From Thainema sp. (GTDB lineage: Bacteria; Cyanobacteriota; Cyanobacteriia; Phormidesmidales; Phormidesmidaceae): a DNA stretch of 39,424 nt. The stretch spans positions 1 to 39,424 of the forward strand of contig JBQLZK010000066.1 of assembly GCA_052168235.1 (NCBI GenBank), in the 5' to 3' direction. The translations under genes and the position numbers were made by a program. Positions within the stretch are counted from its first letter, which is position 1. Each line of letters opens with the position of its first letter. Shown here one piece after another: positions 10,066-19,468 of the stretch. The notes beneath the pieces are model-generated. The model was not told where the DNA came from and searched no databases. It was given only the letters and a program-made list of their open reading frames with translations.

Positions 10066-10101
10066 TTGGAAACGAGTGAGATTGAGAAGCACGTTCAGTG
10101 A
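10066..10101 (+). pseudogene. Remnant of the mrpC 3' end (LETSEIEKHVQ*)
   Basis: 36 bp near-identical to 8379-8414 (LETSDIEKHVQ*). Confidence 0.8.
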
Positions 10102-10109
10102 TGGGTTTG

Positions 10110-11567
10110 ATGAGTACGCTAACGATTGTCTGGATAGCACTGCCATTTTTCATCGGGTTCAGCATTTATCTGCTGCCCAAACTGGCGCGTCACTTAGCGC
10201 TGGGAGTTGGCTTTATGTCAATTGCCTACGGGTTACAGCGGCTGCTGGATCCGACGGTCTTGAATCTACAGCTAATTGATAACTTTGGGGTGACGCTAAC
10301 CGTTGATTCGCTCAGTGGATTCTTTATCCTGACTAATGGGTTAGTGACAGCAGCGGTGATTCTGTACTGCTGGTATCGAGGGCAAAACAGCTTCTTCTAT
10401 ACCCAGATGATCATCCTGCATGGCAGCGTGAATTCGGCCTTCATCTGTGCGGATTTCATCAGCTTATACGTTGCCTTAGAACTGATGAGCATTGCCGCAT
10501 TTTTGCTGATTACATATCCTCGAACCGATCGTTCTATCTGGGTAGGACTGCGCTATCTGTTTGTTAGCAATACGGCCATGCTGTTCTACCTGATTGGAGC
10601 CGTATTGGTCTATCAAACTAATCATTCCTTTGCTTATGAAGGGTTGAAGACTGCCCCCACAGATGCGATCGCACTTATTATCTTGGCGTTACTCACCAAG
10701 GGCGGCATTTTTGTCTCCGGTTTGTGGCTACCGTTGACTCATTCTGAAGCGGATACTCCGGTATCGGCCTTGCTCTCAGGCGTGGTGATCAAAGCGGGTG
10801 TGTTTCCCCTGGTGCGCTGTGCGCTGCTGGTGGAAGAGATCGAGCCGATTGTGCGGCTATTTGGCGTCGGAACGGCACTGCTGGGAGTTGCCTATGCTGT
10901 CTTTGAGAAAGATACCAAGCGGATGTTGGCGTTTCATACGGTTTCGCAGTTGGGCTTTGTGATGGCGGCCCCGCAGGTAGGTGGTTTTTATGCGCTGACG
11001 CATGGATTAGTGAAATCAGCGCTGTTTCTGATCGCGGGCAACTTACCCAGCCGCAGCTTTAAGGAACTGAAGCAAACGCCAATTGCCACACCGATTTGGT
11101 TTGCCTTAATAATTGCCAGCTTCTCAATTTCTGGTTTCCCCCTACTGTCAGGTTTTGGTGCAAAAGTCTTAACGATGAAGAACCTGCTGCCGTGGCAGGT
11201 GGTGGTGATGAATATTGCCGCACTGGGAACAGCAATTTCATTTGCCAAGTTCATCTTTCTGCCCCATCAGTCAGAATCCGAGGCTGATCCAGATGCGGAA
11301 GCAAAGCACAGACTCAAACCGGGCTTTTGGCCAGCCATGATTTTGCTGTTAGGCGGACTGTTTGCTGCAAACGGGGTCTACTACGAAGCTTATTCATTAA
11401 CGAATGTGGTCAAACCCTTGCTGACAATTGCTTTGGGCTGGTTGGCGTATGGCTTCATCTTCCAGCGAGTGGTACTGAAGCTGCCCCGCGTCTTGGAGGA
11501 GTTTGAGCATTTGATTGGAGTGATGAGTCTGACGCTGATGTCGCTGTTTTGGATGGTGCTGGCATGA
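10110..11567 (+). CDS. mrpD: Mrp antiporter subunit D, copy 2
   Basis: Close paralog of 8593-10050. ATG at 10110 gives the same 1458-bp length. Confidence 0.9.
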   Translation: MSTLTIVWIALPFFIGFSIYLLPKLARHLALGVGFMSIAYGLQRLLDPTVLNLQLIDNFGVTLTVDSLSGFFILTNGLVTAAVILYCWYRGQNSFFYTQMIILHGSVNSAFICADFISLYVALELMSIAAFLLITYPRTDRSIWVGLRYLFVSNTAMLFYLIGAVLVYQTNHSFAYEGLKTAPTDAIALIILALLTKGGIFVSGLWLPLTHSEADTPVSALLSGVVIKAGVFPLVRCALLVEEIEPIVRLFGVGTALLGVAYAVFEKDTKRMLAFHTVSQLGFVMAAPQVGGFYALTHGLVKSALFLIAGNLPSRSFKELKQTPIATPIWFALIIASFSISGFPLLSGFGAKVLTMKNLLPWQVVVMNIAALGTAISFAKFIFLPHQSESEADPDAEAKHRLKPGFWPAMILLLGGLFAANGVYYEAYSLTNVVKPLLTIALGWLAYGFIFQRVVLKLPRVLEEFEHLIGVMSLTLMSLFWMVLA

Positions 11568-11950
11568 TTGGCTATTTAGATTTAATCCTACGATTGACAA
11601 TTTGGTTTTTGCTGACGGCTGATTTGAGCTTGACCAATATTCTGATCGGCGTGTGTATCGCCTTCTTGTTGCCGCGTCGTGTAACTGCTCCTGCCGTGCT
11701 GAAAGACTGGCTGCATGTGCTCTGGGAAATCATTGTGGCCATTCCCAAAGCCTATATTGAAGCAATTGAAATCATGGTGCGGCCCCATAAGTATGAAGAC
11801 ATCACCCTGGAGCGGGTGAAGCCCAATCGCACACCAGGACTAATTTTTCTCGATATTTTTCTGATTACATTTACGCCGAAAACCATTGTGTCGAAGTGCC
11901 ACGAAAACGGCTGGTATGAAGTCCATCGCGTCCGGAGGAAGAAACCATGA
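11564..11950 (+). CDS. mrpE: Mrp antiporter subunit E
   Basis: ITFTPKT motif. ATGA overlap with the mrpD stop places the start at 11564. Confidence 0.85.
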   Translation: MIGYLDLILRLTIWFLLTADLSLTNILIGVCIAFLLPRRVTAPAVLKDWLHVLWEIIVAIPKAYIEAIEIMVRPHKYEDITLERVKPNRTPGLIFLDIFLITFTPKTIVSKCHENGWYEVHRVRRKKP

Positions 11951-12222
11951 ACTGGGTAATGATTGCCATGATTCTCGCCTTACTGATTCCGATCTATGAG
12001 GCTTGGCAGGATGAAGACATTTGGCAAAAGATGCTGGCCTTTGCCAGTATTGCCACCAAAACGTCGGTTATGGTGCTGGTGGTGTCGGTGTTGCGCGGTG
12101 ACTGGATGATTGGGGTGGTAGGGGTGCTGATCCTCAGCGTTGGCAATGCGGCTCTGATGCTGCTGGCCCACATTCTCAGACGGATGAATGAAGCGGATGC
12201 AGATTTGCAGGTTTTGGAGTAG
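11947..12222 (+). CDS. mrpF: Mrp antiporter subunit F
   Basis: Small hydrophobic (about 3-TM) protein between mrpE and mrpG, with ATGA overlap. Confidence 0.75.
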   Translation: MNWVMIAMILALLIPIYEAWQDEDIWQKMLAFASIATKTSVMVLVVSVLRGDWMIGVVGVLILSVGNAALMLLAHILRRMNEADADLQVLE

Positions 12223-12224
12223 CA

Positions 12225-12308
12225 CCCTCACCCTAAATCCCTCTCCCGCAGGGAGAGGGACTTTGAGAGTACTCCCTTCTCCTGTGGGAGAAGGACTGGG
12301 GATGAGGG
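12225..12308. repeat. REP-like palindromic element (CCCTCACCC...CCCTCTCCC/GGGAGAGGG...GGATGAGGG)
   Basis: Same family as 6304-6402. Confidence 0.7.
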
Positions 12309-12340
12309 AAATCGTTAAATAAGGATTTCAAGTTGTACTT

Positions 12341-12652
12341 ATGATCAACGTAATTAGCTATGCCCTAATTGGCCTGGGCCTGATCTTTTGGTTCTGGGGA
12401 ACATTGCCGCTGTTGGGCAATCGTTCGGTGTTCTTCAAACTGCACAGCCTGTCCGTAGCTGATACGCTTGGCTCCATGAGCATTATCGTTGGGCTGCTGC
12501 TCAGAATTCCCCATCAATGGCCGCTGTTGGTTTTTGCGCTGATTTCCCTGGCGATTTGGAATACGGTGCTGGGGTATGTGCTGGCCTACTGTTCAAGACC
12601 GACGTATACCAGAGCGACTTATACCAGCCGAGGAGGGAGTGATCATGTTTGA
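12341..12652 (+). CDS. mrpG: Mrp antiporter subunit G
   Basis: KLHSLSVADTLG motif. Confidence 0.88.
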   Translation: MINVISYALIGLGLIFWFWGTLPLLGNRSVFFKLHSLSVADTLGSMSIIVGLLLRIPHQWPLLVFALISLAIWNTVLGYVLAYCSRPTYTRATYTSRGGSDHV

Positions 12653-13415
12653 AGGAATTTCTGAGGGATTATTGGCTGAAGACTTGTACATAGTTGCGAT
12701 CGCAGCTCTACTACCACTAACTGCTGGCATGGTCGTCACACAGGTGAACCCTTACTATGCCCTAATCATGCGCGGTATTTTAGGTGCAGTCGCTGCTCTG
12801 GTCTACGCCTTGTTTGGTGCAGCAGATGTGGCGCTGACGGAGGCGCTAGTGGGTACGATGCTGTCGATTACGCTATATGCGATCGCAGTTCGTTCTTCCA
12901 TGAGTATGCGGCTCGGTGTAGTTAAGGGTGAGTTGGAGCAGGTTTTGATTCCTGAGCCAGCCGCGCCAGTAGAGGACTTGCAAGAACTAGAAGAACTAGA
13001 TGCAATAGATGCGCTAGATGCGATCGCACCGGCTACGAATTCAGATGATCCACTCAAGCATCCGCCTGAACCAACGCAGGCTAAACAACTGCTGGATGCC
13101 TTACGCCAACTACTGCGGAAACATCACCTGCGGCTGAATTTAGTTTTCTATCCCGATCGGTCAGCACTGAAATCGGCGCTGGCAGCTAAAGAGGTGCATA
13201 GCATCTGTGTGCGGGTAGCAAACCCAGCTAGCTCGCCGGATCAAACTCCAACCTATCAGCTTCAAACCCACGTGCCGCGTCTATATGAGCTGATGCAGAG
13301 TGGCAGTTTACCAAGTGCGGTCGATTTGACGCTGTTTGAGCCAGTGAATCCGAAGTTGTCCGAGTCTCAGCTTGTCCAAGTTCAACCGCCCAATGCCGTG
13401 GAGGTTCAGTCATGA
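12645..13415 (+). CDS. DUF4040 / MrpB-associated subunit with soluble C-terminal extension
   Basis: GAADVALTEALVG motif. RBS AGGAGGG precedes ATG 12645. Confidence 0.8.
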   Translation: MFEGISEGLLAEDLYIVAIAALLPLTAGMVVTQVNPYYALIMRGILGAVAALVYALFGAADVALTEALVGTMLSITLYAIAVRSSMSMRLGVVKGELEQVLIPEPAAPVEDLQELEELDAIDALDAIAPATNSDDPLKHPPEPTQAKQLLDALRQLLRKHHLRLNLVFYPDRSALKSALAAKEVHSICVRVANPASSPDQTPTYQLQTHVPRLYELMQSGSLPSAVDLTLFEPVNPKLSESQLVQVQPPNAVEVQS

Positions 13416-14074
13416 AGTGGATTTACGTTGCCGTTGGTATCGCTCTCTATCTCAAGATGCTGGTCTTCCCAAATCCAGCGGTGGACGCTGCTGAGCTGTC
13501 GATCGTGGAAATGGTGGTGCAGGATACCGGGGTGCCGAATGCAGTTTCGGGCATCATCTTTCGCAATCGTCTCTATGACACCATTTTTGAGGTTGTCGTC
13601 TTTACGATCGCCATTATGGGCGTGCGGTTTCTGCTAGCGGATGAGCAGCCCTCTTGCACCATCTACCAGTTCACCGACCATCCCTCGATTGTGCTGGCGC
13701 GACTGGGGGCAACGATTGCCGCCTTGGTCAGTATTGAGCTAGCGATCCGGGGGCATCTCAGTCCTGGCGGGGGATTCGCGGCGGGTGTGGCTGGCGGCAC
13801 TGCCATTGGTCTGGTAGCGATTACCTCTTCGGCCAAGTGGATGGAGGGAATCTACAAACGCTGGCAGGCAGCCGCTCTCGAGAAGGTGTCAGTGCTGATC
13901 TTTGTCGTTCTGGCTGCCGTGTCGCTGATTGGCATCGAACTGCCGCACGGTGAGCTGGGTGGATTAGTGAGCGGTGGCTGGATTCCGTTACTAAACGTGC
14001 TGGTGGCGGTTAAAGTAGCGCTAGGCGCATGGGCGGCAATCTTGATCTTTATCCGCTATCGGGGGTTACTGTGA
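13412..14074 (+). CDS. mrpB: Mrp antiporter subunit B
   Basis: NAVSGIIFRNRLYDTIFE and GHLSPGGGFAAG motifs. Confidence 0.9.
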   Translation: MKWIYVAVGIALYLKMLVFPNPAVDAAELSIVEMVVQDTGVPNAVSGIIFRNRLYDTIFEVVVFTIAIMGVRFLLADEQPSCTIYQFTDHPSIVLARLGATIAALVSIELAIRGHLSPGGGFAAGVAGGTAIGLVAITSSAKWMEGIYKRWQAAALEKVSVLIFVVLAAVSLIGIELPHGELGGLVSGGWIPLLNVLVAVKVALGAWAAILIFIRYRGLL

Positions 14075-14118
14075 TATCGGCTGGATAGTGGCATTTGCGC
14101 CACATTTAGGCGTAAATT

Positions 14119-14210
14119 CAATGAAGAAACGTGCCGTCGCATCGCGACGGCACGTTTCTTCATTGGGTTCTTACACGCAGACTTGATATCAATCTGCAAG
14201 GTGTAAGACC
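14119..14210. terminator. Perfect 22-bp-stem hairpin (loop ATC) plus a second hairpin; probable end of the mrp operon
   Basis: CAATGAAGAAACGTGCCGTCGC-ATC-GCGACGGCACGTTTCTTCATTG (14119-14165), then TCTTACAC...GTGTAAGA (14169-14208). Confidence 0.6.
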
Positions 14211-14527
14211 TAATGATTTGGATTTTTCTTCTTGATGTTACTGGATCATCTGCTTGAAAGCTGTTATACTACATTTATGGTTAACGTAATACAAAACTTC
14301 CGATCATGAAGCTTTCTGCTCGTCGCTAATCCAATCTGTTTCAGCAATTTTGAGAGGGTCAGATCCCTCGATCTGCTGTATTCGGCCTCCATAATCCAAC
14401 GTCTTGGAAACTTTGGAGCCGGATTTTAACTGCATTCGAGCTAACAATTTGATTGGAATAGCGACTTCTTGATGATCCTGCGGCCAACGCTACAGAGCCG
14501 CCCAGTCCAGCAAGAGGAAGCAGAATT

Positions 14528-16153
14528 ATGCAGAGAAAAGCAATTCTTAATGCCAGCCATATCACCTATGAACTGGCGACAATGGAAATCTTGTTTCAAG
14601 ACATTACGGCAGCAATTCATACCTGCGATCACATTGGTTTAGTTGGTCACAATGGCAGTGGTAAATCAACTTTGCTCAAGCTGTTTGCAGGGCAGTTAAT
14701 CCCTCAGGCCGGTACTGTGGTGACAGCAGGTCAGGTTTTTTATCTGCCTCAAATCCTGGCACCTGATGCCGTGCAGTCTCAAGAATTACTCCTTAATTGG
14801 CTCAGCCGTCACACTGAAGAGTGGTGGACGATTACTCTGATTCTGGAAGAGCAATTCGCGACTGAATTGCCGCTCTCTCAACCAATAGGTAGCTTGAGCG
14901 GCGGCGAGTGGATGAAGCTGTGGCTGGCAATTGCCCTTTCCCACCAACCCGATCTGCTTTTGCTTGATGAACCAACCAATCATTTAGACTTAGCCGCATT
15001 GCATCAGCTGCAGGTCTTGCTGCAATCATTTCCCGGTGCGGTCGTGTTGGTGTCGCACCAGCCCTTTTTCTTGGATCAAGTGGTGGATACAATTTGGGAA
15101 TTGACGCCATCAGCACTCAAGATCTACGGCGGCAACTATTCGTTTTATCGGTCGCAACTGGAAACGGAACATCAGGCGGCATTGCGAACGCATGAAGTAG
15201 CCAGAAAGGAATTGAAACGCGCCAAAGCTGCTGCTCAGCAAGAACAACAGCGAGCGGCTCAATCTCGCAGACAGGGAAAGCTGAAAGCAGGCAGCATGCC
15301 CAAAATTTTAGCAGGTGCGCTGCAGCGAAAAGCTGAGGCTACTGCTGGTGCTGCTAAGCAAAAGCATGATGCAGCTGTAGAGAAAGCGGCTCAAAAAGTA
15401 GCAGACACGAAAATTAAAACCTCTAAAAACAGCCGAGTTCAACTGGAAGAAGGTAGCTCGAAACGCCGCAATCTAGTTGATATTCAGGGCGCACAGTTGA
15501 AAATTTGCGATCGCATCTTGATTGAAAATATTCAGCTACATGTGGCAGTGGGCGATCGTCTTTCAATTGCTGGAGCCAATGGTTCAGGGAAATCTAGTTT
15601 GGCCAAGGCCATTTTATTTAATGATCATCCGGCTGTCTTTGAGGGAGCTGAAGTGTTTGTTGCACCTGGATTACAGGCTGAGTCTGAATCGAGCCTGAAG
15701 GCAGTCTATTTGGATCAAAATTATGACCTAGTCGATCGAAAGCTAACGGTTCTGGAAAATATGCAGGTCGCAAATCCGTCTCTAGACTATCAGCTGATCC
15801 GGCAACAGCTCGGCCATTTTCTCTTTTTCAATGATCGGGTTAACCAACTTGCAGCTAGCTTGAGTGGAGGGGAGTTGGCCCGGTTGGCAATTGCCATGAT
15901 CAGCATTGCCCAAATCGACTGGCTCATTTTAGATGAACCCACGAATAACCTGGATATAGCAACTGTCGATCACATTGTGGATGGCGTGAATGAGTTTCAA
16001 GGTGCTCTGTGGGTAATTTCTCACGATATTGATTTCCTCAGCCGCATTGAAATCACGCAAGCCTATCAGATCACCAATTACCAGCTTCAGCCTCTCTTAA
16101 ATCAACCCAGCAATGCAGAGCAATATTACTGGGAACTGATGTCAAGAATGTAG
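14528..16153 (+). CDS. ABC-F family ATPase (ribosome-associated, ribosomal-protection-like)
   Basis: Two ABC domains (GHNGSGKS/LSGGE/LDEPTNHLD and GANGSGKS/LSGGE/LDEPTNNLD), a long helical linker, and no TM segments. Confidence 0.88.
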   Translation: MQRKAILNASHITYELATMEILFQDITAAIHTCDHIGLVGHNGSGKSTLLKLFAGQLIPQAGTVVTAGQVFYLPQILAPDAVQSQELLLNWLSRHTEEWWTITLILEEQFATELPLSQPIGSLSGGEWMKLWLAIALSHQPDLLLLDEPTNHLDLAALHQLQVLLQSFPGAVVLVSHQPFFLDQVVDTIWELTPSALKIYGGNYSFYRSQLETEHQAALRTHEVARKELKRAKAAAQQEQQRAAQSRRQGKLKAGSMPKILAGALQRKAEATAGAAKQKHDAAVEKAAQKVADTKIKTSKNSRVQLEEGSSKRRNLVDIQGAQLKICDRILIENIQLHVAVGDRLSIAGANGSGKSSLAKAILFNDHPAVFEGAEVFVAPGLQAESESSLKAVYLDQNYDLVDRKLTVLENMQVANPSLDYQLIRQQLGHFLFFNDRVNQLAASLSGGELARLAIAMISIAQIDWLILDEPTNNLDIATVDHIVDGVNEFQGALWVISHDIDFLSRIEITQAYQITNYQLQPLLNQPSNAEQYYWELMSRM

Positions 16154-16209
16154 CCTAACCGCTCACGTTTGGTCATCTACTGATATGAAGCATTGCTTAA
16201 TCTGGGTAC

Positions 16210-16309
16210 GAATTGTGATGTGAGGGCACCGCCCTCACATCACAATTCATACTTGAAATCAGCAATCCCGACATGATATAGGGGCGAATACTATTCCATT
16301 CGCCCCTAC
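16210..16309. terminator. Perfect 18-bp hairpin plus a GTAG-type REP between convergent genes
   Basis: GAATTGTGATGTGAGGGC-ACC-GCCCTCACATCACAATTC (16210-16248) and TAGGGGCGAAT...ATTCGCCCCTAC (16279-16309). Confidence 0.6.
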
Positions 16310-16333
16310 TAAAACTGGTCTTAGCCACTGGTT

Positions 16334-16918
16334 TTATCGAGTGGCAGCGTAGGTCGGCGTTCCAGTCGAACCGTAGACGCCCCAGTCACGGATACCGTTG
16401 TTGCGAAGTACAGACTCGGCTGCCCGAATTTCTTCTTCAGTACCTTCTACCAGTACCAAGTACTCATTGTTGTTGTACACGCGATCGTTGTAATAGTTAG
16501 CTCGATCTTCAGGAACACCCCAACCGATGAGTGCGCCGAGTAGTCCACCACTAGCTGCACCAATACCGCTACCGAGTAGGGTATTTGCTAGCAAGAAGCC
16601 AACTTCGGCAGCAGCTCCAACACCTGGAATTGCTAGGATACCGAGGCTACCGATTAGACCAACGGCACCACCTGTTACAGCACCAGCGGTTGCACCCGCA
16701 CCTGCGCCACCTTTGGCTTGCTCGTCTTTAGGTTTGTTGGGATCATAATCGCGATCGGTGGTCAGATCTCTTAGTCCTTCACCAGACTTGGCGACTACTG
16801 AAATGTGATCCATGTGAAAGCCAGAATCACGTAGGCGGTGCATCGCTTGCTCAGCCTCAGGTCGAGTCGAAAATAGGCCAACTGCGCGGCGATATTGATT
16901 GTTATCAGTCGTTCTCAT
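16334..16918 (-). CDS. General stress protein (YflT/17M-like, glycine zipper)
   Basis: RAVGLF...AEQAM..LRDSGF...ISVVAK, a Gly/Ala zipper and LIGWGVPEDRA. AGGAGG RBS precedes ATG 16918. Confidence 0.75.
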   Translation of the reverse strand: MRTTDNNQYRRAVGLFSTRPEAEQAMHRLRDSGFHMDHISVVAKSGEGLRDLTTDRDYDPNKPKDEQAKGGAGAGATAGAVTGGAVGLIGSLGILAIPGVGAAAEVGFLLANTLLGSGIGAASGGLLGALIGWGVPEDRANYYNDRVYNNNEYLVLVEGTEEEIRAAESVLRNNGIRDWGVYGSTGTPTYAATR

Positions 16919-17111
16919 AAAGATTCCTCCTGCGAGGATTGCGTCAGGTGATGTCAATGGCTTAGTGAGCCATGACTCACCTACTTTAATCGTGGCAAAT
17001 CAACGGCTTGCTAACCTCATTCGATAGCGATACCTAGGGATAGTCCAAAGGCTAGAGTTGAGTAAATATTAAGTAAATACAGCTCTATTAAATAGCTGAT
17101 GAACTGAGTAG

Positions 17112-17149
17112 ATTATGAACAGGCCGCTCCAGTGAGGCCTGTTCATAAT
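17112..17149. terminator. 14-bp-stem hairpin downstream of the YdaT-like gene
   Basis: ATTATGAACAGGCC...GGCCTGTTCATAAT. Confidence 0.55.
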
Positions 17150-17174
17150 TAATTTAAGATTGCTAGAGTGAGGT

Positions 17175-17408
17175 TTAGTCTTCGTCTGCAACGGCTTGCC
17201 CGGTGGATCCTTCAGCACCTTCTTTTTTGATCTGCTTATCGCGATGCTTGGCCCATTTTTCAGCCTGGGCTGTGGCGATGGCAATGGCTCGCCCTTCTTC
17301 GTAGTTTTCTTCTCGACAGAGGGCGTTAGCAATATCAATTGCTTTATGTCGCACCTCATCCGTCAGGTTTTTCATGGAGGCTGGATAATCTTGGTCTGAC
17401 CAAGGCAT
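17175..17408 (-). CDS. Small YdaT/DUF2188-associated-type protein
   Basis: Characteristic MPWSDQDYPASMKNL...KAIDIANAL...EGRAIAIA. Confidence 0.7.
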   Translation of the reverse strand: MPWSDQDYPASMKNLTDEVRHKAIDIANALCREENYEEGRAIAIATAQAEKWAKHRDKQIKKEGAEGSTGQAVADED

Positions 17409-17616
17409 AAACTTACCCAAATTCAACACCTTGAGCGTAGGCTATGGGTTTATCGTCGCCGTCTATCCAAGTAAATAAACCTACATTTTGTACCCAGATT
17501 CAGAAGAATTATTTTGCGGCATATTGCGGTAGTAAAATATCGGCTTCGATTTTCGATTGATTTCCGATTGAAGATGCAAAATGTGAGTAAAACCGCATTT
17601 TGACTGGGAGCTTTCT

Positions 17617-18054
17617 ATGTCTTCTTTGGAACGTGCGATCGCAATTGCCGCCGAGGCTCATGCTGGACAAGTGGATAAGGCAGGGCATCCCTATATTCTG
17701 CATCCCCTGCGAGTCATGCTGCATGTGGATGGTGACGATGCCCAGATGGCAGCGGTGCTGCATGATGTGGTGGAAGATACGTCGGTCACGCTCGATCAGC
17801 TCGCCCGTGAAGGTTTTCCGCAGGTGGTGGTGGAAGCGGTTGATGCACTGACTAAGCGCCCCGGAGAAACGAAACTGATGGCAGCAGAGCGGGCAGCCAA
17901 AAATGCGATCGCACGGGTGGTCAAGCTGGCGGACAATGCAGACAATATGGATTTATCGCGAATCCCAAATCCGACAGAGAGGGATTTTGCGCGGCTAGAG
18001 GAGTACAAGGCCGTGCGGCGGCTATTGTTGGCTGTAGAACATGTCTCAAACTAA
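17617..18054 (+). CDS. HD-domain protein, small alarmone hydrolase (Mesh1/SpoT HD)-like
   Basis: AH.GQ.DK.G.PYI.HP, LHDVVEDT and VKLAD motifs. Confidence 0.8.
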   Translation: MSSLERAIAIAAEAHAGQVDKAGHPYILHPLRVMLHVDGDDAQMAAVLHDVVEDTSVTLDQLAREGFPQVVVEAVDALTKRPGETKLMAAERAAKNAIARVVKLADNADNMDLSRIPNPTERDFARLEEYKAVRRLLLAVEHVSN

Positions 18055-18223
18055 ACCTGAAATAGCGTTGCTCTAACTATTCTGGCTATTGCTTCTGATC
18101 TATTGTTTCTGGCTATTGCTATACAGTCTGAGCAGTGAAAACTCAGTAAAGTATGCCCAACATAATAAGCGGCTTTGTCGTTCTTTTGCATGCTTGATTG
18201 AGTTTTCTAGCTTTTAAAAGATT

Positions 18224-19468
18224 ATGAGCATTACAACTCACCATGAGCCAGAAATAAAGGTTCTAGGACAACCTGCAGAACAAGGTCGATGGCTCCTGAT
18301 TCCATTCGGGATGATTATTTTGCTTTGCTTGGGCAGTGTGTATTCTTGGAGCATTTTTAGAACCCCTTTAGAAAATGAGCTGGGAATTAGTGCTACTGAA
18401 AGCTTGTTACCGTACACCTGTGCATTATTTTTTTATGCTGCAACGATGCCGATCGCAGGCTTTTATATTCCTCGGATTGGCACCCGTGTTACAACAGCAG
18501 TTGGCGGAATGATTGTCGGTTTGGGTTATATTCTTTCAAGCTTTGCAACTCAGATTGGCATCCTCGCCTTGACCTATGGAGTCATTGCTGGCATCGGAGT
18601 GGGCATTGTCTACGGTGTCCCTATGGTTGTTGTGTCGCGCTGGTTTCCGGACAAGAAAGGATTGGCTGTCGGACTGACAATTGTTGGCTTTGGGCTGTCG
18701 CCTTTCATTACTGCTCCTCTCGCCAATTACCTGATCAGTGCCTACACGGTTCGACCCACTTTGCGCATTCTCGGTATAGCTTTTATCGCCATTATTTTAG
18801 CTATTGCCCTGCTGATGAAGCTGCCTCCTCTGGGTTGGCATCCTCGGCAGAATATTGCAGCTTCCACAGTGACCTCGGCCTCAGGTTATCCTAAGAGCTT
18901 GTTCAAGAGCCGATCGTTTTATGGGCTGTGGATTTGCTATGCGATTGGCACTCTCGTCGGGTTGAGTGCGATTGGCATGTCTAGTCCAGTTGGTGAGGAA
19001 ATTATTGATATTAATCCGACGTTGGCGGCTAGTAGTGTCTCTTTGTTTGCTGTGTTTAACGGGGTGAGCCGTCCATTGTTCGGTTGGTTAAGCGATCGGT
19101 TTAAGCCTCACTATGTGGCAATTTTGTCCTATGTGCTGGTCTTGATTGCCTGCGTGTTAATGATGAATGCTCAAACTGGACAGGTTGCGACTTATCTCGT
19201 TGCGTTTTGCCTATTTTGGTTCTGTCTAGGGGGTTGGTTGGCTATGGCTCCCACAATCACGCTGCGCTTTTTTAATCCTGACCATTACGCTCAAAACTAC
19301 GGCATTGTCTTCACGGCCTATGGGGTTGGTGCGTTGATTGGAACGTTGGTGACGGGCCGCATTCGAGATTTCTTTGGGACGTACAACTATGTGTTTTATC
19401 CGATGGCGCTGTTGGCCGTAATTGGCATTGTTGTGGCTTGTGTTTTGCTTAGACGAGATCGATATTAG
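18224..19468 (+). CDS. MFS transporter, oxalate:formate antiporter (OFA)/lactate family
   Basis: About 12 TM. GSVYSWSIF, RWFPDKKGLAVG and NYGIVFTAYGVG. Confidence 0.85.
   Translation: MSITTHHEPEIKVLGQPAEQGRWLLIPFGMIILLCLGSVYSWSIFRTPLENELGISATESLLPYTCALFFYAATMPIAGFYIPRIGTRVTTAVGGMIVGLGYILSSFATQIGILALTYGVIAGIGVGIVYGVPMVVVSRWFPDKKGLAVGLTIVGFGLSPFITAPLANYLISAYTVRPTLRILGIAFIAIILAIALLMKLPPLGWHPRQNIAASTVTSASGYPKSLFKSRSFYGLWICYAIGTLVGLSAIGMSSPVGEEIIDINPTLAASSVSLFAVFNGVSRPLFGWLSDRFKPHYVAILSYVLVLIACVLMMNAQTGQVATYLVAFCLFWFCLGGWLAMAPTITLRFFNPDHYAQNYGIVFTAYGVGALIGTLVTGRIRDFFGTYNYVFYPMALLAVIGIVVACVLLRRDRY

Noticed and set aside
8070..14074. Absence of mrpA as a defect
   Set aside because: Mrp operons with two mrpD plus DUF4040/mrpB and no mrpA are a known cyanobacterial arrangement.
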